From positions 330,001 through 362,000 of the forward strand of contig JAXLZO010000001.1 of NCBI GenBank assembly GCA_046350815.1: a DNA stretch of 32,000 nt, given 5' to 3'. Below the pieces are notes generated by a model. The model saw only the letters and a list, made by a program, of their open reading frames with translations, ran no database searches and was not told the DNA's origin. The stretch comes from Candidatus Saccharimonadota bacterium. Its GTDB lineage: Bacteria > Patescibacteriota > Gracilibacteria > BD1-5 > UBA2023. The position numbers and the translations under genes were made by a program. Of the stretch, positions 21,280 to 31,311 are shown piece by piece. Each line of letters begins with the position of its first letter. Position 1 is the stretch's first letter.

Positions 21280-21897
21280 ATGCCAAATACACCAAAATGA
21301 TATGTTTTTGATCTGGATGGTACACTCTATGATTTTTGATGAGTGTCATTCTCTGGGTCAAAGCTTGGAGTTGAAGTAAAGAAACAATACTTTCTGAATA
21401 TTGAGCAATATTAGCTTGGCGACCCGAATCATATTTATAAAGAAATGGTTGATCTGGAATCAACTATTGGCATTTGAATAAGTTAGCAACTTGCTGATAG
21501 ATTATGAATAACGCGAGGAGAAGTTTTGCAAATTATTTGGTGAGAAATCAATCCAAATGGTATTGTTGAAAATATTATTCCAACTCAGAAAGTAATTCCT
21601 ATTCTAAAAGAAGAGGGGAAAGCTCTATTTTTAGTTACCGCAGCGCCAAGAATATGGGCAATCAAGGCTTTGGAATTTATGACAATAAAATATTATTTTA
21701 ATGATATATTAATACTAGAAGATTATTGAAATACAAAAAAAGAGGCTTTTGCAAGGATTCAATTAAAAATAGATACAATGGCAAGAGAATTGATTTCTAT
21801 TGGTGATCAAATATATTCTGATATTATAACAGCTCAAGAATTAGGAATCCAGACTCTCCATGTTACATGACCAAAAGATTTATTAAAACTTCTCTAA
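21280..21897 (+). pseudogene. HAD-superfamily hydrolase (pyrimidine 5'-nucleotidase/SDT1-like), 205 codons in one frame but with two in-frame TAG codons
   Basis: ATG 21280 to TAA 21895-21897 with no frameshift. In-frame TAG at 21412-21414 and 21484-21486. All four HAD motifs are intact: I YVFDLDGTLY, II LFLVTAAP, III NTKKEAF, IV SIGDQIYSDI. Confidence 0.6.
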
Positions 21898-21900
21898 TGT

Positions 21901-22581
21901 ATGATTCAAATATTTTCATCGTATGCAAATGATATTATTACCTATCAGGATAATAAAGTAATCCTAGGAGGTCCTGCTCTTTGGATAGAACAAACTTTCA
22001 ATGATCTAGTCATTGACCATACTCTACATACTGGGAGTGCATCCGGTATTGTTCGGATTGAGAAAGATGGAAATAATGAAGATCGGTGATTTATAGTATC
22101 AACATCAGGGATACCATTTTCTCGTGTGGGTACATGAGATGTTATATTAGTATCCACCTTGAAGCAAGAATTTGATCTTATGAATTTGTGAAATTGTGAG
22201 AATGATATTTTTATTGATATCCAATGATTTCTCCGTGGTGATACTGGGAAGAAAAATATGTTTGATTGTCGCATTCTCCGATCAAAGGGACATATATATA
22301 TCAAAGCAACACGAGAGGAGTATAGTTATCTCCTAAATACTCCTCAGTCACATCTTACTTTTATAGTTACAGATGGTGGTAATTCTATTGAAATTATTAC
22401 CAAAGATGGTTCAGAGATGATTCCAATTATGTCAGGTAACTTTACAGATACGATTGGCGCTGGTGATATATTTCTTGCGAGTTTTGTTTACTATTTCTCG
22501 CAAATACATAATTTAAAGAAATCTGTCTTCAATGCATCTGATTATGTATTTTCTTTTCTGAAAAAGAAAAATACTTTATAA
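21901..22581 (+). CDS. Short PfkB-family (ribokinase-like) kinase, 226 aa
   Basis: ATG 21901 (3 nt after the upstream stop) to TAA 22579-22581, with 5 TGA(Gly). Motifs ILGGPALW near the N-terminus and the C-terminal anion-hole motif FTDTIGAGDIFLASF. Confidence 0.6.
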
Positions 22582-22646
22582 TATTCGCCTATGAACCAAA
22601 ACAAGTTGGGGATGAAGTATGTGTTTTCGGAAAGAGAGCATAGCTT

Positions 22647-22674
22647 TTGACAATAACATCATTTTCTATACAAT
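22647..22674 (+). promoter_or_regulatory. Promoter of rpsU
   Basis: TTGACA (22647-22652), 16-nt spacer, TACAAT (22669-22674). GGAGATAGGAG lies upstream of the ATG. Confidence 0.55.
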
Positions 22675-22715
22675 CCTTTCGCTAATATTTTTTTAATACT
22701 CTGGGAGATAGGAGT

Positions 22716-22916
22716 ATGATAGCTTATACACTCCGCAAAGAGGGTGAAACGAATGACAAAGTCATTCTTCGATACAAGAAACTTTTCTTCCAAACTCGAA
22801 CAACTCAAAAACTTCGAGCCGAGAAGCACGCAATACGCCAACCATCAAAGCGCAAGCTTCGTGAAAAGGCAATCATTCGTGAGGTGTATCGATCGCTCAA
22901 TAATCAAAGCGTGTAA
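22716..22916 (+). CDS. rpsU: 30S ribosomal protein S21
   Basis: Intact 66-aa basic ORF, ...NDKVILRYKKLFFQTRTTQKLRAEKHAIRQPSKRKLREKA..., with the length and pattern of S21. Confidence 0.8.
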   Translation: MIAYTLRKEGETNDKVILRYKKLFFQTRTTQKLRAEKHAIRQPSKRKLREKAIIREVYRSLNNQSV

Positions 22917-22922
22917 TGTCAA

Positions 22923-22954
22923 AAAGACCCCTTTAGCAAGGGTCTTTTTGTTTT
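22923..22954 (+). terminator. Rho-independent terminator after rpsU
   Basis: Stem AAAGACCC / GGGTCTTT with a 9-nt loop, followed by TTGTTTTCTTTT. Confidence 0.7.
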
Positions 22955-23072
22955 CTTTTGACAAGGTCGTTTTGCTTCCTATAATTCTCACATTACTTAA
23001 GAAGTATACCTTCTGAGGACTCGCCTCTCGATCCAGATTTGCGAGCTCAATAGGGCTCTTTTTCTTTTTTTT

Positions 23073-25895
23073 ATGACCAAGCCAACAGAACCACGCGACG
23101 ATTATTACGCTCAGATGAAGAGTTCTCCTTCAGAAGAAGCTGCACCAAAGCCAAAAGTTCTCAAGATCAAAACACGAAGGCCAGAGGATGGGACTCCTTC
23201 TCCAACGAATGTTCGAGAGGAAAAAATAGTTGTTCCTCAGAGTGAAACACACAAGAAGGAAACACCAAAACCATCTTTATCAGAGCATCAAAAATCCGAT
23301 GCTCCAAAAAGCTTAACGCTTGATGAAATTCTTGCTCAAAAGAATAAAATGAAGGCTCCAAAAGCAGGGCAAAATATTGTATCATTTGAGGAGGTTCAGG
23401 TAGTTCCACCACGTCCAAATATGAGTGTACGAAGTGGCTCTGGACTTCCACGAGATACATCTCGTTTTGTTCAATCCCAAAAACGTAAATCAACGAGTGC
23501 ACGCAGCGATGATTCGCGTGGTGGAAACGGAGGTGATCGATCTTCTCGAAATTCTGAGAATACTTCTTCATCCGGAGAGGGTCAGAATCCACGACCATCT
23601 CTCAATGATTATTTTGATAACAAAAATCGTCAAAATCCACGTCGATCACCATCACCAACTATTTCTTTTGAGAAGGCAGATGGAAGTGGCACCCAAAATA
23701 TTCCAAATGCACGCCCACAAGGTCAGCATCAGGGGGGTGGTACACGCACATCAGGATCACGCCCACAACAAGGTCAACGTCAAGGTGATCGCCCATCTTT
23801 TTCGCGCCCTGGAGGTGATAATCGTAACAATTGACAAAGAACAAACTCTCCAAGCAACAGTACTCAATGAAGCGATACATCTGCGAAAAAACCCGTTTTC
23901 AATACGCAACTTGATTCATACTCGGCTGCACATAAAGATGCACCACATCGAACCAAGAAATCAAAACACGGAGCAAAGAAACCAGAAGAAGGGGTAGCAA
24001 AAAAAGCTATTAAAGTAGTAGGCGATGTTGTTGACACGAATACATTTCGTCGATCAAAACAGATGAAGGGTCAACAAAAGCGGGAGAAATCTATTGAAGA
24101 TATCACGCAAACCCTCGTCGATCGAACAGGACAAGAAGTATCTATTCCTGAGGGGCTTTCAGTAAAAGAATTTTCTGATAAAGTGGGAGTTCCGCTCGCA
24201 CGAGTGATCCAGGAACTGATGAAAAATGGCATGCTTGTGACACTCAATAGTCAGATTGACTTTGATACATGTTTTCTCATTGGAGAGGCACTCGGTGTAA
24301 AAATTCTGAAAGAAGCATCGACTGAAGTGTCAGTCACGGATCTTTTGGATGGGAATCTCACAACATTGATTGGTGAAGAAGATCGTGAGAAACTCACGCC
24401 TCGTGCACCAATCGTCTCTATCATGGGTCATGTTGATCATGGAAAAACATCGATTCTTGACTATATGCGCAAGGCAAATGTTGCATCTGGTGAGGCGGGA
24501 GGTATTACACAAAAAATCGGAGCATATCAAGCATCACATAATGGATCCAAGATTACTTTTCTCGACACTCCTGGTCACGAAGCATTCACGATCATGCGTG
24601 CGCGCGGTGCAAAATTGACTGATCTTGCAGTGATAGTTGTTGCAGCAGATGAATGAGTAAAGCCACAGACGATAGAGTCTATTAATCATGCAAAAGCAGC
24701 AGAGGTGCCAATCATTGTAGCCATCAATAAGATGGATAAAGAGGGTGCAAATCCTGATTTTGTAAAGGGTCAGCTTGCAGAACAAGGCCTTCATCCTGAA
24801 GAATGGGGTGGAACAACCGTTATGGTGCCAGTTTCTGCTCATACTGGATTTGGTATCAATCAACTTCTTGAGATGATTCTCCTCTCAACGGAAATTATGG
24901 AGCTCAGAGCTGATGCCACCAGGCGTGCTGTAGCAACTGTGATCGAATCACATCTTGATCCAAAAGTGGGTCCTCTTGCAACAGTACTCGTTAATACAGG
25001 TACTCTCAAAAAAGGTGATTTTTTTCATGTTGCGGGTTTGTCTGGTCGTATACGTGCTATGAAGGATTTTCGTGGAAAAAATGTAGATGAAGCAGGGCCG
25101 TCAGTTCCAGTGCAAATATCTGGTCTCTCTGATGTTATCGGAGGTGGCGATATTCTTCAAGTTGTTGACTCTGCTGAGCTTGCAAATACACGAGCGCGTG
25201 AATTTATCCTTGCAAAAGGACGTCGTTCGATCCACGCATTTGACGGAGCGTCGCTCGATCTTCTTATGAATCGTATCAAAGGTGGAAATCTCAAACAACT
25301 CAAGATTGTTCTTAAATGTGACTCAAATGGATCACTCGAGGCACTCAAGGCGGCACTTCAGAAACTCTCCACAAATGAAACAAGTGTAAGTATTATCCAT
25401 GCAGGCGTTGGTGATGTAACAGATAGTGATGTGCTTATGGCTGGTACTTCAGCAGCACTCCTAGTATCCTATAATGTGGGAGTTCTTCCAAATGCACGAA
25501 CTACGCTCGCACAGTCAAAAATTGAATTCATTGATAAGAAGGTCATCTATCATATTCTTGAACGCATCGAGTGAATTGTGACGGGTATGGTTGATCCAAA
25601 ATATGAAGAGATCGAGCTTGGATCGGCGATTGTTAAAGCTATCTTCTACTCAGCAAAAGAGAAACAAATTATTGGTCTTGGTATTAAGGAGGGTAAACTT
25701 GAAAACAGAGCTCGACTTCGTATCATCCGTGATGGAAAGAAAGTTGGATCAGGTGAAATTGTTAATCTCAAAAGTGGTCCGCTTGATGTACATGAAATTG
25801 AGGCAGGTGAAGATTGTGGTATATCCTACAAGGGTGATACCAAGCCAGAAGTTGGAGATACATTTGAAGCATATAAACTTGTTATCAAAAAATAA
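23073..25895 (+). CDS. infB: Translation initiation factor IF-2, 940 aa
   Basis: Track pieces 23073, 24063, 24705 and 25578 share one frame and are joined by 4 TGA. G domain [29 protein letters not shown] (TGA 24654-24656 at the invariant Gly of AADDGV), NKMDK. The N-terminal ~330 aa are low-complexity and rich in Pro/Gln/Arg/Ser. Confidence 0.95.
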
Positions 25896-25900
25896 TTTCT

Positions 25901-26311
25901 ATGAGTTATACTCTCGAAACACATCCGCTCTTCTGTGATCTCTGATCTGATGATATTGCGACTCTCACGCTCTTTAGCGAGGAGCAGATTCTCACACCAC
26001 ACGAGACGCTCTTTCGACAGGGTGATGAGGCAAATGCTCTCTATATTGTCATGGATGGCAAACTTGAGGTGTATAAAAATACTCCTCAATGAGGTGTAGC
26101 CCTGGAGGCAATCATTGAATGAGGCAGTGTGTGTGGAGAGATGGCATTCTTTGATAGGGATGCTGATAAGATTCGCAATGCGAGCGTCCGATCTGGTATC
26201 GATGGCGCGACGGTACGAATTCTCGTTGATACCGCTCTTATGGATCTTTCTGAAGATCATCCATCCATCTATCAAGCATTCGAGGCGATCGTTCGAAGTA
26301 GAAAAAAATAA
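25901..26311 (+). CDS. Stand-alone cyclic-nucleotide-binding domain protein, 136 aa
   Basis: ATG 25901 to TAA 26309-26311, with 3 TGA(Gly). Motifs LFRQGDEANALYIVMDGKLEVYK and GEMAFFD...RNASVRS, typical of the cNMP-binding beta-barrel. No DNA-binding domain follows. Confidence 0.7.
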
Positions 26312-26358
26312 AATCACTTTCTGAAAAGGGTGATTTTTCTTGTTTATAAGTATTTTAT

Positions 26359-27090
26359 ATGAAAACGTATCAAAAAGTTCTTATTTTGATTCCTGCTGCT
26401 TTCGTGTTTTGGTGATCGGTTTTTTTTGGTCTCAATTATTACGAAGTACAAAATAAGTGTCGGTTTGATTTCTCAAAAGACCATTTAACCTGCATACCGA
26501 AAGAAAATTATCGAAATGCTGACGATATGGTGCTAAAGCCACTTATTCTTCTCTATCCAACAAAACCAACTCATGTTGATGTGAGATTAGACTATGATGG
26601 TGAGCTTGTGGCGACCTTTCCAGAATATTCTCCTCTCAAGAAAGGTTGGTCGGTTGAGGCTTCCTCTGAGAGTATCGTACAAGATCAATGAACGGGACAA
26701 GAGACCTATGGACTCTTCTGGGAATGAAAAAAACTTTCAAATGTTCCATATGATCTGTCTCATGGATTTGTGCTACGATGATCAGAGGTGCGAGATTTTC
26801 TCTATACAACACTCCGAGAGATGAATCTCAGCCCAAAAGAATACAGTGATTTTATCATGTTCTGGTATCCAAAACTTCAGGATTATCCATATGTTCAGAT
26901 AACTTTTGCAGGTAAGGATTACACCGATAGAGCCAGGCTCACGATTACTCCAACGCCTGATAATATTTTCCGTGTTTTTATGGTAGCAAAACCACTTGAT
27001 GTATTCCAAGCTGTACCACCTCAAAAGATTGAAAAATTCAATCGTACATGATTTCATGTACTTGAGTGGGGTGGAACGATCATTCAATAG
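26359..27090 (+). CDS. Membrane-anchored protein (243 aa), paralog of the C-terminal domain of the 5459-7423 lipoprotein
   Basis: ATG 26359 to TAG 27088-27090, with 5 TGA(Gly). N-terminal TM segment VLILIPAAFVFWGSVFFGL. Shared blocks with the lipoprotein: KPLILLYP/KPAIYDYS, GFVLRGSEVRDFL/GIVVRGSDIERFF, EYSDFIMFWYPKL/EKQEFIEYWKNEF, RVFMVAKPL/RVLLEAQEL, LEWGGTII/FEWGGTLL. Confidence 0.7.
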
Positions 27091-27218
27091 TTAATCGTCG
27101 CAGCGAAATGATATACCAGAAGAATCTAAAAATACAAAGAAGGATTACATCTCAAAAGAGCTCAGTCAAAAATGATAGAATCTTGACTGTATAAGTTTAA
27201 GAGCCCCTCTTAATTAGT

Positions 27219-27476
27219 TGTCATTCCCGTGCAGATGGGAATCCCGTGACCTATAGAAGTAGATCCCTGCCTCCGCGAGAGATCCCTTATACAAGATATT
27301 CTCACGGAACTTCAAGTGTAATAGATTCCTCACTTTGTTCGGAATGACAAAAATTTACCACCCTCGGAGGCATCAGATTAATATTTTTGTATCATTCTCG
27401 CAGGGGTTTATATTTTATATTTGCTTATTTTGGGCAACAGTAAATTGAAGATCCTGAATGAGCTTCAGGATGACAT
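27219..27476. repeat. Cluster of 4-5 short GC-rich hairpin units sharing ATYCC...GGRAT half-sites flanked by TGTCA/TGACA
   Basis: TGTCATTCCC-gtgcagat-GGGAATCC (27219-27244). ATCCCT-...-AGAGAT (27262-27283, degenerate). ATTCC-11 nt-GGAATGACA (27325-27349). ATCCTGAA-tgagc-TTCAGGATGACA (27451-27475). Possible decayed copy GTATCATTCTCGCAGGGG (27389-27406). Confidence 0.55.
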
Positions 27477-27575
27477 AAATTTCATCGGATCTTCTGATAA
27501 AACAAAAAAATCCCATCTTAAAAATCCTCTCAAGATGAAATTTATCACACCTGTCAACACAAAATGAAAATAGAT

Positions 27576-27603
27576 TTGCAATAATAGAGTCTTTTCATAC
27601 AAT
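27576..27603 (+). promoter_or_regulatory. Promoter of the infA-rpmJ-rpsM... operon
   Basis: TTGCAA (27576-27581), 16-nt spacer, TACAAT (27598-27603), ~40 nt upstream of the infA ATG. Confidence 0.5.
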
Positions 27604-27643
27604 ACCGTGGCATTTTTTAGAAACTACCTATCCCCATTTCTCT

Positions 27644-27874
27644 ATGAGTAAAGACTGAGTCGTCGAAGTAACTGGCGTTGTTCTCGAAACATTACCCGGT
27701 GGTAAATTCAAGACTCAGATTACAGACTTCTGAGATGGAGGTATCGTTATTGAGTGTTATATGGCTGGTAAAATGCGCAAGAATCGCATTTCTCTTATTC
27801 CGGGAGATTCCGTTCTTGTGGAGCTTTCCCCGTATGATCTCTCCAAATGACGAATAAAATTTCGTAAAAAATAA
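27644..27874 (+). CDS. infA: Translation initiation factor IF-1, 76 aa
   Basis: ATG 27644 to TAA 27872-27874, with 3 TGA(Gly), including the Gly of YDLSK-G-RI (27848-27850). Also [24 protein letters not shown]. Confidence 0.9.
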
Positions 27875-27894
27875 GAATTTTCTTTTCTCTCTTT

Positions 27895-28008
27895 ATGAAA
27901 GTACGACCTTCCGTCAAAAAAATGTGCGATAAGTGTGCAATTATTCTCCGAAAGGGAATTGTTCGCGTTATCTGCGAAAATCCAAAGCACAAACAGCGCC
28001 AAGGATAA
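27895..28008 (+). CDS. rpmJ: 50S ribosomal protein L36
   Basis: [37 protein letters not shown], 37 aa, the canonical L36 pattern. Confidence 0.9.
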   Translation: MKVRPSVKKMCDKCAIILRKGIVRVICENPKHKQRQG

Positions 28009-28043
28009 CATTTTCTTTTTATTTCCTCTCGTTCATACACTCA

Positions 28044-28409
28044 ATGGCACGAATTTCATGAGTTAATCTGCCGAATGGAAAACATTCCGAGATTGCTCTC
28101 ACCTATATATATGGTGTAGGTCGCCCAACAGCGGTCGCTCTCCTCACAAAACTCGGTATTGAACCTACGAAGAAGATTGAGCTTCTCTCCGAATCAGAAC
28201 TTGATTTGGTCCGTGAAGAACTCAAAAACTATCTTATCGAAGGTGATCTTCGCCGAGAAGTAGCGGGGAATATCAAACGTCTCCAAGAAATTAATTGTTA
28301 TCGCGGTCAGCGTCACAAAAAGCGTCTTCCAGTTCGTGGACAACGAACCAAGACGAATGCACGTACTCGTAAAGGTAAGGCAGTGGCAATCGCAGGTAAG
28401 AAGAAATAA
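28044..28409 (+). CDS. rpsM: 30S ribosomal protein S13, 121 aa
   Basis: MARIS-G-VNLP (TGA 28059-28061 at the conserved Gly) joined to track ORF 28206-28409 in the same frame. Also [24 protein letters not shown]. Confidence 0.95.
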
Positions 28410-28433
28410 TTCTTGATTATCCCTTTTTAATTT

Positions 28434-28823
28434 ATGGCTAAAGTTCTCAAGCGTTCGAAAAAAACTCGTCACGTTGTGACAGAAGGGGTCGTTTATATTA
28501 CGGCGACGCTCAATAATACTCATGTGGTAGTTGCTGATAAGGATGGTAATGTCCTATCATGGGCGACAGGTGGAAGCTCTGGTTTCCGTGGTGCGCGTGA
28601 AGCAACTCCGTATGCTGCACAAGTTACTGCTGAAAATGCACTTAACAAGGCAAAAACTCTTCACTCTCTCGAAAAAGCAATCGTATACGTAAAAGGTATC
28701 GGTGCTGGTCGTGAGCAAGCGATCCGTGGTATTGCGAGCGCTAGTGTAGATATCTCTGCTATCTTTGATATCACGCCAGTTCCGCACAATGGTTGTCGCA
28801 AAAAGAAGGTTCGCAAATTGTAA
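28434..28823 (+). CDS. rpsK: 30S ribosomal protein S11
   Basis: Intact 129-aa ORF with NNTHVVVADKDGNVLSWATGGSSGFRGAREATPYAAQ and PHNGCRKKKVRK. Confidence 0.95.
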   Translation: MAKVLKRSKKTRHVVTEGVVYITATLNNTHVVVADKDGNVLSWATGGSSGFRGAREATPYAAQVTAENALNKAKTLHSLEKAIVYVKGIGAGREQAIRGIASASVDISAIFDITPVPHNGCRKKKVRKL

Positions 28824-28841
28824 TTTTCATCGTTCTAAACC

Positions 28842-29468
28842 ATGCGCTACATCTGACCTAAAATGAAATTGTGCCGTCGAGAAGGAATTAATCTCTTCGG
28901 AAGTGAGAAATATAATCTCTCTGAATCACATAGAAAACCACTTGGAAGCAAGTTTGGTAAACTCTCTCTTTTCGGAAAACAACTTCGAAAAAAGCAGGCA
29001 GCAAAACGAATGTTCGGTCTGTCTGAAAAACAATTCGCCATGTATTACAAGAAAGCCATACGTATGGCTGGTGTAACGGGTGACAATATGCTCTCTCTTC
29101 TTGAGAGACGTCTCGATAACGTTGTATTCCGCTCAAGCTTCGCTCGAACGATTATGCAATCAAGACAATTTGTCAATCACGGACACTTTCAAGTAAATGG
29201 GCAGAAAGTTGATATTCCTTCATTTCTTATCTCCGTCGGTGATGTTATTGCTCTCCGAGATAAAATGAAAGATTCTCCTCTCTACAAATCACTTGTTCAA
29301 GAATTCGAAGAATTTGCGAACAAAAATTCACAAGCAGTTGCCTCTCCTGTAAAGTGGCTTGAGATTGATGCAAAGAATCTTACTATTAAGATTCTTGCTC
29401 TTCCAGAAAGAAGCGATTTTGATCAATCTATTGATATTAAGAGTATCATAGAGTTCTACTCAAAATAA
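28842..29468 (+). CDS. rpsD: 30S ribosomal protein S4, 208 aa
   Basis: MRYI-G-PKMKLCRREG (TGA 28854-28856 at the conserved Gly of ARYxGP) continues into track ORF 28863-29468. Confidence 0.95.
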
Positions 29469-29490
29469 TACTAAATTCTTTTTCACCGGT

Positions 29491-30483
29491 ATGCATATTA
29501 TCCATAATAAAATCGGTGTTCCAAAATTGACACAGTCGAAAGCCTCTGTCAATGAAGCTCGATTTGTGTTGGCACCCCTCCCTGCTTGATTTGGTGTAAC
29601 ACTCGCAAACTCTTTGCGACGTGTCATGCTCTCATCTATTCCAGGTTCTCGTGTAACGGGCGTTAAGGTGATTTGAGCGACTCATGAGTACATGACTCTC
29701 CCTGGAATCAAAGATTCAGTACTTGACATCGTCCTCAATCTTAAGTCACTCATCATTGAGATGCATGACTCTGAAATTATCTGGCTTCAGCTTAATAAGA
29801 AAGAAGCAGGTAAGGTAACAGCAGCAGATATCAAGACACCTTCCGGTGTAGAAATCAAGAATCCAGATCTCTACATTACCGAAATTGATCCAGGATTTGC
29901 TTCAAAAAATGCTGAATTCTCACTCTCTATTCGAGTAGAAAAAGGCACAGGCTATATGAGTGTTGATTCACTTAAGGCTCGAGAAGAAGATCCATCAGTG
30001 ATTCTCATTGATGCAAACTTCTCTCCAGTTATATCAGTTACCTATGATATTCATAGTGTTCGTTCTGGTGAAGTGATCAATCTTGATAGTCTTGACATGG
30101 TTGTGAAGACAACAGGTTCTCTCTCTCCTGATGATGCCGTAAAGTTTGCAGCAAATATGCTCCAATCATACGTCGCACTCTTCAATGAGAATGCACGTGA
30201 AGTGGAACCGGGTTTTCTCGCAGATCCAAAGGCAATTCTCGAACATGAGAGTGCACAGCGCGTGCACGATGCTGAACGTGAAGCATATACTCCGATCGAG
30301 ATTCTCGGACTCTCTCCAAGAACTCTCAATGCACTCGTCAATGGTGAAATCCTCTCAATTGAGGGGCTCACAAAATGTACAGAGGCAAAGCTTGGAAGTA
30401 TCAAGTGATTTGGTCGAAAAGCTATGACAGAGGTTCGTGATGCACTTGCTGAACGCGGCCTCAAACTCTTTTGAGATGATTAA
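29491..30483 (+). CDS. rpoA: DNA-directed RNA polymerase subunit alpha, 330 aa
   Basis: ATG 29491 to TAA 30481-30483, with 4 TGA(Gly). N-terminus LPAGFGVTLANSLRRVMLSSIPG. The C-terminal domain has LGLSPRTLNALVNGEI...GFGRKAMTEV. Confidence 0.95.
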
Positions 30484-30494
30484 CACTCCATATT

Positions 30495-30857
30495 ATGCGC
30501 CATCAAAAACGCAAGTTTCTTAAATTTAAAAATAAAGATCAGTCCCATCGCGATTCTATGCTTCGCAACTTGGTGACTGCTATCTTTACTCACAAATCGC
30601 TCATCACAACTGAAAAGCGAGCTCGTGCCATTATTCCAATGGTCGACAAGCTTATTCATGCGGCACAGGCTGACAATAAAATGAATGCCATTCGTACCGT
30701 TATGCAGGTTGTCTACACTCAGGAATCTTCTGAAGAGCTTTTTGGAACGGTTGCTCCGGCAATGATCGGTCGATCTTCTGGCTTTACTCGTATCACTCCA
30801 ATCAAGTATCGTGATGGTGATCGTGCAAAACTTGTTAAAATTGAATTCGTATCATAA
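30495..30857 (+). CDS. rplQ: 50S ribosomal protein L17
   Basis: Intact 120-aa ORF: MRHQKRKFLKF..., HRDSMLRNLVTAIFTHKSLITTEKRA. Confidence 0.9.
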   Translation: MRHQKRKFLKFKNKDQSHRDSMLRNLVTAIFTHKSLITTEKRARAIIPMVDKLIHAAQADNKMNAIRTVMQVVYTQESSEELFGTVAPAMIGRSSGFTRITPIKYRDGDRAKLVKIEFVS

Positions 30858-30862
30858 TTATT

Positions 30863-31297
30863 ATGCAAAAAACACTTGTAGCACCTCAAATTGCTTCCCA
30901 AGACCGCCCTTGGTTTCTCATCGATGCTGAAGGTAAGACTCTTGGTCGACTTGCAACTCAGGTTGCTCGATTGCTTACTGGTCGCAATCGTGTGGATTAT
31001 ACTCCGCACAATGACAATGGCGCTCACGTTATTATTCTGAATGCAGCAAAGATTCGTGTTTCTGGATCGAAGATGCAACAGAAGCTATACCGAAGCCATT
31101 CTCAATTCATGGGTGGACTCAAAGAAGTGAGTCTTGAGAGAATGCTTGTAAAAAAGCCTCTCTTCGTTCTTGAACATGCAATTTCAGGTATGATTCCAAA
31201 GAATCGACAGCGTCAAGACGTTCTTAAACGTCTTCGACTTGAGATTGGGGGAACTCATCCATACGATGCTCAAAAGCCTCAAACTATCACTCTCTAA
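30863..31297 (+). CDS. rplM: 50S ribosomal protein L13
   Basis: Intact 144-aa ORF: RPWFLIDAEGKTLGRLATQVARLLTGRNRVDYTPH, with GMIPKN near the C-terminus. Confidence 0.9.
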   Translation: MQKTLVAPQIASQDRPWFLIDAEGKTLGRLATQVARLLTGRNRVDYTPHNDNGAHVIILNAAKIRVSGSKMQQKLYRSHSQFMGGLKEVSLERMLVKKPLFVLEHAISGMIPKNRQRQDVLKRLRLEIGGTHPYDAQKPQTITL

Positions 31298-31311
31298 GCC
31301 TGTCATTCGTT

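Noticed and set aside
21412-21486. Reading the two in-frame TAGs of the HAD gene as evidence of a second codon reassignment
   Set aside because: TAG is the terminal codon of several confident genes here: transposase, lipoprotein, NT5C paralog, ABC exporter, the 249-aa protein and the 26359-27090 paralog. A global reassignment is therefore untenable. I retained it only as a local anomaly to verify.
23167-23997. Alternative-frame ORFs within the infB N-terminal region (23425-23997 plus 190 aa, 23167-23598 minus 143 aa, 23659-23880 minus)
   Set aside because: The infB frame is continuous from 23073 into the unmistakable G domain. The alternative frames are His/Val-rich artefacts of the biased, low-complexity sequence.
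30051-30464. 137-aa ORF antisense to rpoA, plus other antisense ORFs in ribosomal genes (28194-28523 minus, 30719-31078 minus, 31714-31992 minus)
   Set aside because: They overlap highly conserved ribosomal and RNAP genes on the other strand and contain no recognisable motifs.
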